From the NCBI GenBank assembly GCA_002309615.1, contig DBXT01000056.1, positions 3,671 through 67,670 of the forward strand: a stretch of DNA of 64,000 bases. The letters run 5' to 3'. A program made the translations under genes and the position numbers. The DNA comes from Bacteroidales bacterium UBA1205 (GTDB lineage: Bacteria > Bacteroidota > Bacteroidia > Bacteroidales > WCHB1-69). The first letter of the stretch is position 1. The number at the start of each line of letters is the position of its first letter. The notes beneath the pieces were generated by a model that was not told where the DNA came from, searched no databases, and saw only the letters and a list, made by a program, of their open reading frames with translations. This document shows positions 17,986 to 27,212 of the stretch, piece by piece.

Positions 17986-19461
17986 CTATTTCACCTCCCA
18001 TTTTACACCTTCTTTGGTATCCTTAAGGTTAATTCCTATATTATTCAACATATCCCGTATTGCATCCGCTGTGGCATAATCTTTATTGGCTTTGGCTTGC
18101 GTACGCAAAGCAATGATAACATCCATCAACTTATCCTCCATTCCCGATGCAAGGGATGTATTTTCATACTTCATGCCCAAAATATCAAATAAGAATGTAT
18201 CAAATATCTGCTTAAGCAAGTCTATGTCTTTTTGTGTTAAACGCAATTGTTTGTCGTTGACGGAATTAACTATCCGAGCGGCATCAAACAAGTGAGCCAA
18301 TACTATGGGGGTATTGAAATCGTCATCCATAGCTTCCCTGCAAGCCGTAAAAATAGCTTCTACATTTTCATCCGAACTATCACCGGCTTGCAATTTAGGG
18401 ATTAAAGCATAGGCTGCAAATAGTTTATTCATTCCCTTTTCTGCTGCCTGCAAAGCCTCATTGGAAAAATCCACGGTGCTGCTATAATGTGCTTGTAGAA
18501 TAAAAAACCTGATAGTCATAGGAGAATACGCCGCCGTCAACAAAGCGTGCGAACCGGTAAAAAACTCATTGAGCGTAATAAAGTTACCCAACGATTTTCC
18601 CATTTTTTTACCGTCTATGGTTATCATATTATTATGCATCCAATATTTTACCGTATCGGTATTGTTGGCTATTCTATTTTGGCATATTTCCGATTCGTGA
18701 TGCGGAAACATAAGGTCCATTCCTCCGCCATGAATGTCAAAACGTGTACCCAGATATTTAGTACTCATAGCAGTACATTCTAAATGCCAGCCCGGAAAAC
18801 CGTCGCTCCATGGCGAATGCCAACGCATTATGTGTTCGGGTGCCGCTTTTTTCCATAAAGCGAAATCGGCGGTGTTATGTTTTTCCTCTTGTCCGTCCAA
18901 CTCGCGTGTGGTGGACAACATATCTTCTAATCTACGTCCCGAAAGTATGCCGTAATGATAATTTTTATCATATTTTATCACATCAAAATACACCGAACCA
19001 TTGGATATATATGCATAACCGGCATCCAATATTTTTTGTACCACCTCTATCTGCTCCATTATATGTCCGCTCGCACGGGCTTCTATACTGGGATGTTGCA
19101 CATTTAATGCATCCATTGCAACATGATACATATCGGAATAATATTGGGCTACCTCCATGGGTTCCAATTGCTCCAAGCGAGCCTTTTTAGCTATTTTATC
19201 CTCTCCTTCATCGGCATCGTTTTCCAAATGTCCTACATCGGTGATATTGCGAACATAACGAACTTTGTATCCTAAATATTTGAGATAACGAAACACCACA
19301 TCAAACACTATGGCAGGACGGGCATGTCCTAAATGAGGCTCGCCGTATACGGTAGGACCGCATACATACATGCCTACAAAAGGCGGGTTAATGGGTTCAA
19401 ACAATTCTTTTTTTCTTGTTAGTGTATTTTGTATTTTTAAATTATTCGCTTTTATCTCCAT
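17986..19461 (-). CDS. cysS: Cysteinyl-tRNA synthetase
   Basis: [18 protein letters not shown] (HIGH motif), KMGKSLGN (KMSKS motif), 491 aa. Confidence 0.95.
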   Translation of the reverse strand: MEIKANNLKIQNTLTRKKELFEPINPPFVGMYVCGPTVYGEPHLGHARPAIVFDVVFRYLKYLGYKVRYVRNITDVGHLENDADEGEDKIAKKARLEQLEPMEVAQYYSDMYHVAMDALNVQHPSIEARASGHIMEQIEVVQKILDAGYAYISNGSVYFDVIKYDKNYHYGILSGRRLEDMLSTTRELDGQEEKHNTADFALWKKAAPEHIMRWHSPWSDGFPGWHLECTAMSTKYLGTRFDIHGGGMDLMFPHHESEICQNRIANNTDTVKYWMHNNMITIDGKKMGKSLGNFITLNEFFTGSHALLTAAYSPMTIRFFILQAHYSSTVDFSNEALQAAEKGMNKLFAAYALIPKLQAGDSSDENVEAIFTACREAMDDDFNTPIVLAHLFDAARIVNSVNDKQLRLTQKDIDLLKQIFDTFLFDILGMKYENTSLASGMEDKLMDVIIALRTQAKANKDYATADAIRDMLNNIGINLKDTKEGVKWEVK

Positions 19462-19465
19462 TTGT

Positions 19466-20545
19466 TTATCTGCTTTTAGCTTTTACAAAACCTGTTATTT
19501 TTAATGTAACGGTCGGCTGTTCAGGGTCATTGCACACTATATCCACCGTCCGCATTTGTTTATTGGATTTGCCGATAGTACGGAAAGTGGTTTTTACAAC
19601 TGTGCTTTCACCGGGTTCTAATTCCATTTTTTCCGGATTCACTATAGTACAACTACAAGACTGTTTTAACTTGCGTATATACAAAGTGCTGCGACCGATG
19701 TTGGTGAGAACGAAATCATGAACCACAGGCTCCCCTTCTTCCACTTCACCGAATTTGTATTCTTCTTCAGACACTTTCAAACGAGGGGCATTGGCTTTTT
19801 GTTTGGGCGTCCAGGAATCGAAATCATCTAAAATTCTTGCTCCTATATAAAAAGTTTTATTCGGTCGGTCATCATCATTTGTGCTTATCACCACCTTATT
19901 GAACACTATGCCCCAGTCGTTTTGTATTTTTGCATCAAAATCGGTTACCAATATACCGCCTTCGCCGGGTTGTAATTCAGGAGTAACATATACCACCTTT
20001 ATGGCATTGGGCACCTGACGTAATTCAAAAGTTAACTTCTTGTCCGCCTCGTTGTAAAAACGGAAAGTATCCCTATGAACGGTGGTGGGAGTAATCACAC
20101 CCACTTGCAATGAATTGGTAACATAACGCACATTGCCTTCTTTCATGGGATATATTTCCTGTGGTGTACGCGGACGGGGCTCTACATAACCTTTTATGGT
20201 GAGCTCTTTGGTGTATTTTTTTCCTTTTTCGTTAATAGTAACCGTTACCGAATTTGAAAACACACCCGACTTACCGGCAGGATCGTATATCAACTTAACA
20301 GCACCTTTATCTTTCTTTTTTAATATGTCCCTTTTATACTCTACGCGTATATGCCTGTAAGGAGATTTTACCAATTCTATATAAGCTCCTGATACTTTGT
20401 TGACAAAAGGAAATTCGTATTCAACCTTGCCTGCTGTTTCTTTTATTTCACCAAAATCGTGAACAACAGTCTCAAACTGCATCTTTTGCGCATTTATTAT
20501 TCCACAAGCAAATAATAAACAGCATATTACAATCAATCGTTTCAT
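19466..20545 (-). CDS. Secreted DUF1573-repeat protein
   Basis: Signal peptide. Three repeats of the HDFG..F.F.N pattern. The last repeat has the SCSCT motif ([25 protein letters not shown]). Confidence 0.7.
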   Translation of the reverse strand: MKRLIVICCLLFACGIINAQKMQFETVVHDFGEIKETAGKVEYEFPFVNKVSGAYIELVKSPYRHIRVEYKRDILKKKDKGAVKLIYDPAGKSGVFSNSVTVTINEKGKKYTKELTIKGYVEPRPRTPQEIYPMKEGNVRYVTNSLQVGVITPTTVHRDTFRFYNEADKKLTFELRQVPNAIKVVYVTPELQPGEGGILVTDFDAKIQNDWGIVFNKVVISTNDDDRPNKTFYIGARILDDFDSWTPKQKANAPRLKVSEEEYKFGEVEEGEPVVHDFVLTNIGRSTLYIRKLKQSCSCTIVNPEKMELEPGESTVVKTTFRTIGKSNKQMRTVDIVCNDPEQPTVTLKITGFVKAKSR

Positions 20546-20569
20546 ATTCTTATATTATTATTTAATTTA

Positions 20570-20577
20570 CAAAGGTA
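20570..20577 (-). promoter_or_regulatory. -7 promoter box (TACCTTTG on the - strand) for the DUF1573-cysS-lgt-sufD unit
   Basis: CAAAGGTA on the + strand, 24 nt upstream of ATG 20545. Confidence 0.5.
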
Positions 20578-20658
20578 CAACATTTTTTTATGCCAATAAA
20601 AAAAATTGCATAATTAGTTTTACTGATTATAGTAATACAATCCGATGTGATGATAGTT

Positions 20659-20693
20659 AAAAAAAGGCAGTGCAAAAAACTTATTGCACTGCC
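20659..20693 (-). terminator. Rho-independent terminator after the 86-aa gene
   Basis: Perfect 10-bp stem GGCAGTGCAA (20666-20675) / TTGCACTGCC (20684-20693), followed on the - strand by seven U (A-run 20659-20665 on +). Confidence 0.75.
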
Positions 20694-20714
20694 CTTAGTC
20701 TGTTATTATTTTTT

Positions 20715-20975
20715 TCAAGACAATATTTTTTCTGCCAATGAGGCAATAGCCTCACTATTGGGTTCATATAATCCTTTGTCGTTAATAAGTATGCAACCGA
20801 CTATGGGATATCGTTGAAAATCGGGCGTGATTTTTGACGGACTTTCCACTTTTACTTCCATCGTTTCGGAATTCACCCATAAATCGATATCGGTAGGATA
20901 GTCCAAAAAATGCTCCAAGAAATCCTCTACTGCATTTTCAATACTATTACTCAATTCATTAACCTTATTCTGCAT
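20715..20975 (-). CDS. Small acidic hypothetical protein (86 aa)
   Basis: Intact ATG-to-TGA ORF between mpl and a strong terminator. No recognisable motif. Confidence 0.45.
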   Translation of the reverse strand: MQNKVNELSNSIENAVEDFLEHFLDYPTDIDLWVNSETMEVKVESPSKITPDFQRYPIVGCILINDKGLYEPNSEAIASLAEKILS

Positions 20976-21024
20976 GGTCTCTTTTTTTTAAAAAAAATAC
21001 TACACTAATCAATAATTTTCATCC

Positions 21025-22383
21025 TTACCGCCTGTTAATGATATTATCGGCTATTTGACCATAATCGTATCCGTCGAAATTACCCGATGACATCATCAGC
21101 AATACGGAATTGTTCCATTGCATAGACAACAAATCTTTTTTTAACAAATCCGAATCGTGATAGACTTTTATATTTTTATTTTTAAAAGCCTCAAACACCA
21201 TTTCGTTGCTTAAAGGCGGTAATTTTTTCAATGCGATGGCGTGGGGGTTGAAATACACTATGGGCACATCGGCCTTATCCATTGTGCCGGCATATTGTTG
21301 TAAGAATTCGGCTGTTAAACTGCTGAAAGTATGCAATTCCAAACAAGCCACCAACTTTCTGTCGCTATATTTTTCAGTTACGGCATCTATGGTCGCTTTT
21401 AATTTGGACGGTGAATGAGCAAAATCTTTATACATGGCAAAATCATCGGTTGCTTTTACCAATTCCAAACGCTTGGAGGCTCCTTTAAAACCGGCTATGG
21501 CCCTATAAAAATCATCATCGCTCACACCTATGGCATTACATGCCAAGCGGGCTGCATTGATGTTCATCAGGTTATGTTTTCCGAACACTTGTAGGGGAAT
21601 TTCTTTTCCGTTATGTATCAATACATATTGCCTGTTCACTATTTTGTATTCGGGTAAGGCATACGGATGTAGATGAGTATTACATTGGGCTGCTATTCGG
21701 TTACACTGCTCGTCCAGACTACAATATATCAAATCTCCGTCTTGGGGAATGGATTGGGCAAATATTTTAAATTGCTCCACATAGATATCAAAAGTGGGAA
21801 AAACATTGATATGGTCCCATGCTATTCCGCTTATAATACCCACGTGGGGCTTATACCAATGAAATTTCGGACGGCGATCGATAGGCGAAGTTAAATATTC
21901 ATCTCCTTCTATCACCATGCACGGAGCATCGTCGGTGAGTTTTACCATTACTTCAAAGCCTTCCAACTGGGCTCCTACCATATAATCACAGGCAATATTG
22001 CAACTGTTAAGCACATGTAATATCATGGAAGTAATGGTGGTTTTGCCATGACTTCCGCCCACCACTATGCGTTTTTTATTTTTGGACTGTTCATACAAAA
22101 ATTGCGGATAAGAATAAATATTTAATCCCAAAGCCTTGGCTTTTACCAACTCCGGATTATCTTCTCTTGCGTGCATGCCCAATATCACCGCATCTATATC
22201 TTCGGTGATATTGTCTGCATTCCAGCCGATGGCTGCCGGCAAGATACCGTATTTTTGCAACCTGCTTTTAGAAGGTTCAAATATTTCATCATCGGAACCT
22301 GTTACCTGATAACCTTTTATTTTCAACGAGATGGCTAAATTATGCATAGCCGAACCTCCTATGGCGATAAAATGTACTCTCAT
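21025..22383 (-). CDS. mpl: UDP-N-acetylmuramate:L-alanyl-gamma-D-glutamyl-meso-DAP ligase (murein peptide ligase)
   Basis: MRVHFIAIGGSAMHNLA N-terminus, Mur-ligase P-loop GGSHGKTTITSM, 452 aa. Confidence 0.85.
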   Translation of the reverse strand: MRVHFIAIGGSAMHNLAISLKIKGYQVTGSDDEIFEPSKSRLQKYGILPAAIGWNADNITEDIDAVILGMHAREDNPELVKAKALGLNIYSYPQFLYEQSKNKKRIVVGGSHGKTTITSMILHVLNSCNIACDYMVGAQLEGFEVMVKLTDDAPCMVIEGDEYLTSPIDRRPKFHWYKPHVGIISGIAWDHINVFPTFDIYVEQFKIFAQSIPQDGDLIYCSLDEQCNRIAAQCNTHLHPYALPEYKIVNRQYVLIHNGKEIPLQVFGKHNLMNINAARLACNAIGVSDDDFYRAIAGFKGASKRLELVKATDDFAMYKDFAHSPSKLKATIDAVTEKYSDRKLVACLELHTFSSLTAEFLQQYAGTMDKADVPIVYFNPHAIALKKLPPLSNEMVFEAFKNKNIKVYHDSDLLKKDLLSMQWNNSVLLMMSSGNFDGYDYGQIADNIINRR

Positions 22384-22412
22384 GCGTGTATTTATTTTTA
22401 TGCTGATATATG

Positions 22413-22420
22413 CAAAATTA
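22413..22420 (-). promoter_or_regulatory. -7 promoter box (TAATTTTG on the - strand) for mpl
   Basis: CAAAATTA on the + strand, 29 nt upstream of ATG 22383. Confidence 0.5.
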
Positions 22421-22503
22421 TCACCTTACATCAAGTCAAGAGAAAGTTAATGTCATTTTTTACTAACAATATAATGTGCAAAGTACAATTCCAAAAAAAA
22501 TGT

Positions 22504-22511
22504 TATCTTTG
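22504..22511 (+). promoter_or_regulatory. -7 promoter box TATCTTTG for pyrD
   Basis: Exact TAnnTTTG match, 26 nt upstream of ATG 22538. Divergent from the mpl promoter. Confidence 0.5.
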
Positions 22512-22537
22512 TATGTTTATACTTATTAATATTCATT

Positions 22538-23443
22538 ATGGCTGATTTATCTGTAAAGATAGGAAATTTAACATTAAAAAACCCTGTATTAACCGCCTCC
22601 GGTACATTTGGTTACGGCTTGGAGTTCAGTGATTTTATCGATCTAAACCGTTTAGGCGGTTTTGTGGTGAAGGGCACCACCCTGCATCCCCGCGAAGGCA
22701 ATGACTACCCTCGTATGGCCGAAACACCGAGCGGCATGCTCAATGCCGTGGGTTTGCAAAACAAAGGAGTGGATTATTTTATTGAACACATTTATCCTCA
22801 AATATCGCATATCAACTCCCGAATAATCGTCAATGTATCAGGTTCCTCCATCAGCGATTATATGGCTTGCGCAGAACGCATCAACGAATTGGAGCACATC
22901 CCTGCCATTGAACTCAATATTTCATGTCCTAACGTAAAACAAGGAGGCATGGCCTTCGGGACATCTTGTGTATCGGCAAAGGAGGTGGTAGAGGCCGTCC
23001 GTAAGGTGTATAAGAAAACGCTCATAGTCAAGCTTTCGCCCAATGTAACAGATATAGTCGCTATTGCTCAAGCTGTGGAAGACGGCGGTGCCGACGCGGT
23101 ATCCCTTATCAACACCCTCCTTGGCATGGCTATAGACGCAGAAAAACAAAAACCCATACTCTCCACCGTTACCGGCGGATTGTCAGGAGCTTGCGTAAAA
23201 CCCATAGCACTACGCATGGTATGGCAGGTCAGCCACAAAATTCATATTCCCGTAATAGGATTAGGAGGCATTATGAATGCTATTGACGCAGTGGAATTTC
23301 TATTGGCCGGTGCTACTGCCGTAGAAGTGGGTACCGCCAATTTTATTGACCCCGCCGTATCCATAAAAATTGTTGACGGCATCAATGACTATTTGGAACG
23401 GAAACATATAACCTCCGTACAAAATATTATCGGGATTATTTAA
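22538..23443 (+). CDS. pyrD: Dihydroorotate dehydrogenase, class 1 (Cys catalytic base)
   Basis: [19 protein letters not shown] (active-site Cys), GGLSG, GLGGI. 301 aa. Confidence 0.9.
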   Translation: MADLSVKIGNLTLKNPVLTASGTFGYGLEFSDFIDLNRLGGFVVKGTTLHPREGNDYPRMAETPSGMLNAVGLQNKGVDYFIEHIYPQISHINSRIIVNVSGSSISDYMACAERINELEHIPAIELNISCPNVKQGGMAFGTSCVSAKEVVEAVRKVYKKTLIVKLSPNVTDIVAIAQAVEDGGADAVSLINTLLGMAIDAEKQKPILSTVTGGLSGACVKPIALRMVWQVSHKIHIPVIGLGGIMNAIDAVEFLLAGATAVEVGTANFIDPAVSIKIVDGINDYLERKHITSVQNIIGII

Positions 23444-23593
23444 CGATTCATCATCTTATTTTAAAGCCCCGACGCCTTTCTAAAACTTTTTTACTGCCAG
23501 TGCGATATACTTCTTGGATTGTTATGCTATAACAATCATGCTCCATTCTATATTGTAATCATCCCTTTTCAGGATAATTCCAAATGTTATTCC

Positions 23594-23761
23594 TTAACTT
23601 TTTTTAGTAACAACCGTTTCACCGGTTTTATATATCATACTTCTTCCATAAGCGAATACCACACTATCTGAAATGCAACTCACATCATAAAAGGCTCTGT
23701 CTTCTGCATCAACTTGCATATTTTTCCATTGATCATAAACAGGACTTGTCAGTAAATATTC
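23594..23761 (-). pseudogene. Possible gene remnant or small ORF (open frame of 55 codons, 41 aa from its first ATG at 23719)
   Basis: My own translation gives EYLLTSPVYDQWKNMQVDAEDRAFYDVSCISDSVVFAYGRSMIYKTGETVVTKKS*. It lies in a 430-bp gap, downstream of the rnz terminator, with no promoter box. Confidence 0.2.
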
Positions 23762-23795
23762 CTACTAAAAAATTATCGTTTTTGGCAAAAACAAT

Positions 23796-23830
23796 AAAAA
23801 AAACGGAATTGAAAAAATCCCGTTTTTTTT
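23796..23830 (-). terminator. Rho-independent terminator after rnz (weaker on the + strand)
   Basis: 9-bp stem at 23802-23810 / 23816-23824. It has a G:U pair on the - strand and an A.C mismatch on the + strand. Flanked by an A8 run (23796-23803) and a T run (23825-23830). Confidence 0.65.
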
Positions 23831-23873
23831 ACATATACATCGTTATTTTTCTATATTACAGATATCCGGCTAC

Positions 23874-24788
23874 TTATATCTTAAAAGTAACACCTTCCAA
23901 AGCTATGAGCGTGCGAGGAAAAACAGTTTGCGCTTCTTCTTGTAAAGGGCGTATATCTTTATATCTTGCAGAAAAATGACCTATCAATAAATTATCCGCC
24001 TTGGCTGCTTTTGCTATATTTGCTGCCTGTATGGTGGTGGAATGTTTTTTATCATTAGCGGCATTTTCCAAATCGGCCATAAAAGTAGCTTCGTGATAAA
24101 GCATATTCACATTTTTCACCTTGCGAACCAATTCCGGATAATACGCAGTATCGGAACAATAGGCAAAAGACCGCAAATTATTTTCTTTTTCCGCTATCTC
24201 TTCCAACGGATAGCTCTTTCCGCATTCGTCCACATAGGCTTCACCGTTTTTTATCCGTTCCACCCATTGTTTACTGATATCGTGCGTTTCTAAAAACGAT
24301 TTCTTTATCAGATACGGATATCCTTTTTCTTTAAACAAAAAGCCATGAGTAGGCAAACTATGCATCAACGGAAATGCTTTTACCTGAATTTTATCATCCT
24401 CCAACAACACATGCGTCCCCGATTTAATGGTGTGAAATTCCAAAGGATATTGCAACACTGTTTTATCCACATCCAATATCATCTTTAGAATTTTCTTCAA
24501 CGGACTGTGTGCATACACATGCAAAGTGTTTTTACGCCCCAGCAAACTTTGTGACAATAAAAAACCGACCAATCCGAAAAAATGATCTCCGTGAAGGTGA
24601 CTGATAAATATATGTGATATTTTCTGCATGCATATCCCGTAACGACGCAGTTGTATTTGCGTTCCCTCACCGCAATCTATCAACATGAGGGAACGCATTC
24701 TATCGCTTCGCAACAAGAAAGCACTCGGATGCCTGTTAAGGCTGGGTGTAGCCGAACTGCTTCCTAATACTGTAAGATATAATGCCAT
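23874..24788 (-). CDS. rnz: Ribonuclease Z
   Basis: Metallo-beta-lactamase motif ISHLHGDH, LIDCGEGTQ, 304 aa. Confidence 0.88.
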   Translation of the reverse strand: MALYLTVLGSSSATPSLNRHPSAFLLRSDRMRSLMLIDCGEGTQIQLRRYGICMQKISHIFISHLHGDHFFGLVGFLLSQSLLGRKNTLHVYAHSPLKKILKMILDVDKTVLQYPLEFHTIKSGTHVLLEDDKIQVKAFPLMHSLPTHGFLFKEKGYPYLIKKSFLETHDISKQWVERIKNGEAYVDECGKSYPLEEIAEKENNLRSFAYCSDTAYYPELVRKVKNVNMLYHEATFMADLENAANDKKHSTTIQAANIAKAAKADNLLIGHFSARYKDIRPLQEEAQTVFPRTLIALEGVTFKI

Positions 24789-24805
24789 ATCACAAAAGCA
24801 ATATA

Positions 24806-26557
24806 TTATTCTTTGCCCAAATCTTTAACATTATCTCCCGTATCGTCTATTATCATTTTATAGAACCAATCGGGATAAACGGGCTGCATAGGAAAAGCGG
24901 AATAATTGGACTGGTAACCGTTGTTTTCAAATTTACCGTCTTTTTCTTTTTTGATATTTCCGTCTACATATTTTACGAGTAAATATTCCGAAAGATTAGT
25001 CCATTCCCTGAACATTTTTTCCGCTTGTTGAGCCGAAAATTTGTTCATCTCCATAACAGCTTTCGCTGCATCTTGATTATAATGTTGTGCCAAAACAGGT
25101 GACTGTTCTTCCACCAATTTCACAAAATCGGTTTCCAAACGGTTTTGTACTTTTTGTATATCCACTATCATGGCATTATAGCGAGAATAGGCAAAATTGC
25201 TTACTCTATTAAACAACCAGAATGCGGAAGTTTTGGAATAAGTCATCATATCACCGTTGCCTTCCATAAAGCAAAGGGGTATTTTGGTGATACCGCAAAA
25301 CATAGGCACATAACAAGTGCTATATGTATCATCCACGCCAAACCACAACACACCGCCTACAGGATTGGGATATTTTCCGCGACATTGGGCTACAAAAGAG
25401 AATCCTGTTTGTTGGGTAGAAGTAGCTCTTTCGTGTATATATGCTTTACCTTCATATTTCCAATTCATAGGCCTCCAACGATAGGGACACTCGTACGGAC
25501 CGGCACCTTTATCTTTGGTCATATCCATAGAAGTGCCTTCAAAATGGTCTCTCATAAGGGCCATTACATCTTGTACACCGAGTTTTTCCGTCGGTTTTAT
25601 CCACAAAGGCATTCTATGTTGCAAATTTTCACCGCGGGCATAATCTTCATATTGTGCAGCTTCTGCTCTATTAATACGCATAAAAGCTGCCCACACTCTG
25701 GCTTCACATGCACGAGCACCGCTAAAAGTGAGAGGAGCATATGCATCTACAAAACTGAATTCTTCGTCCGAACCGCTAAAAATACCTATGGCTCTTGCGT
25801 AAGATATCACATCATAAGCATACACCACTTCTACCGAAGGTAAAAATATTTTGGAAAGGTTTTTGGAAGATATCACTTTTTTACCGTCTTCTTTAGGAAT
25901 ATTGGTAATTCGTGCTTGGTTGGCGTGTCCGCCCACATAACCGTCGGGAATACGCATAGCCACCCATACTGCGCCTTTGGTATTGCGTTTGGCATCGGGA
26001 TTACCTTTTTTATCCAATATTTTTTGTCCCTTGCCTATCAAGTCCATAATCCATACTTCGTTGGGATCGGCAATAGAAAAAGATTCCCCTTCACTTGCAT
26101 AACCGTATTTGGTGAGCAATTCTGACATTATTTTAATGGCTTCACGGGCATTTTTTGCTCTTTGCAAGGTGATGTATATCAAATTACCATAATCCACAAT
26201 ACCATCTTTGTCAACCAACTCTTCTCTGCCACCGTAGGTGGTTTCGGCTATCACCAATTGGTGTTCATTCATATTTCCCACTACGGAATAAGTACGAAGT
26301 GCTTGTTCTATTTGTCCTAATTTTTTGCCTGTATCCCATTCATAAATATCCATCATGGTGCCGGCAGGATAGGTGGCCGCCGGACGATAATACAATTCAC
26401 CATACAAAGTATGGGAATCGGCAGCATAAGTAACAAAAGTGGAACCACATTTGGAAGCTCCTTTGGTAACCAAAAAATTAGTACAAGCATCGGCTATTCC
26501 GTTTGCAAATAGGAATATGCTTACTAAAGTCAAATAAATTAAATTCTTTTTATTCAT
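24806..26557 (-). CDS. Secreted C69-family dipeptidase (second paralog)
   Basis: Signal peptide followed by ADACTNFLV (Cys nucleophile). GAVWVAMRIPD, GGVLWFGVDD..YVPMFC. Confidence 0.85.
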   Translation of the reverse strand: MNKKNLIYLTLVSIFLFANGIADACTNFLVTKGASKCGSTFVTYAADSHTLYGELYYRPAATYPAGTMMDIYEWDTGKKLGQIEQALRTYSVVGNMNEHQLVIAETTYGGREELVDKDGIVDYGNLIYITLQRAKNAREAIKIMSELLTKYGYASEGESFSIADPNEVWIMDLIGKGQKILDKKGNPDAKRNTKGAVWVAMRIPDGYVGGHANQARITNIPKEDGKKVISSKNLSKIFLPSVEVVYAYDVISYARAIGIFSGSDEEFSFVDAYAPLTFSGARACEARVWAAFMRINRAEAAQYEDYARGENLQHRMPLWIKPTEKLGVQDVMALMRDHFEGTSMDMTKDKGAGPYECPYRWRPMNWKYEGKAYIHERATSTQQTGFSFVAQCRGKYPNPVGGVLWFGVDDTYSTCYVPMFCGITKIPLCFMEGNGDMMTYSKTSAFWLFNRVSNFAYSRYNAMIVDIQKVQNRLETDFVKLVEEQSPVLAQHYNQDAAKAVMEMNKFSAQQAEKMFREWTNLSEYLLVKYVDGNIKKEKDGKFENNGYQSNYSAFPMQPVYPDWFYKMIIDDTGDNVKDLGKE

Positions 26558-26576
26558 ATTTTTACTTTTTAAATTG

Positions 26577-27110
26577 TTATGCTAATTGATGTAAATACCT
26601 TTCCACCTCAACAAGGAATGCCATAGGAGAAAGCTTATCGTTTACTTGTATTACTAAATCATAATTATCTATATATTGAGCATTACGGCCTATGCGTAAA
26701 GAGGCCTTTAGCATGGATTTCAACACTAATGAATCCGTTTTAGGCTTTTCATCCGCGTCTATCATCACATTATATGCCTGATGCTGCCAATTTTCAATGC
26801 ATTCTCCGATGAAACTGCTTTTGAATATCTCTCCTGATTTGAAAATAAAATTAACCTCTTGCGATAAAGCAAAGTCCTTGGGCTTTTTTTGTGATATATA
26901 GCAAAACACGCTTCTTTGCAATGTATTTTGATTTTTCCACGCACATATATCTTTTTGTACTTTTTGCCAACATTCCATGTTATCGCAAGAAAGAAACAAA
27001 GCTATGTGTTGAGCATGTTCCAATTCGGTAAGCACAGCTGTGTGTTCGGACCGACATTTGTAAAAATCCGACAACCGCATTCTATACTGCCTATCGCTAA
27101 TTATCCCCAT
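26577..27110 (-). CDS. Hypothetical cytoplasmic protein (178 aa)
   Basis: The ORF has a -7 box 25 nt upstream of the internal ATG at 27110. The track start at 27155 is a TTG lying upstream of that box. No motif recognised. Confidence 0.5.
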   Translation of the reverse strand: MGIISDRQYRMRLSDFYKCRSEHTAVLTELEHAQHIALFLSCDNMECWQKVQKDICAWKNQNTLQRSVFCYISQKKPKDFALSQEVNFIFKSGEIFKSSFIGECIENWQHQAYNVMIDADEKPKTDSLVLKSMLKASLRIGRNAQYIDNYDLVIQVNDKLSPMAFLVEVERYLHQLA

Positions 27111-27135
27111 ACTCGCTTTTCTCAATAATAATTGG

Positions 27136-27143
27136 CAAAGATA
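27136..27143 (-). promoter_or_regulatory. -7 promoter box (TATCTTTG on the - strand)
   Basis: CAAAGATA on the + strand, 25 nt upstream of ATG 27110. Confidence 0.45.
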
Positions 27144-27212
27144 ACATTTTTTCAAATAAATCCGACAAAATCGCCGGTTTATTTTTCTGCCATTTTATAC
27201 ACAACTTGTATG

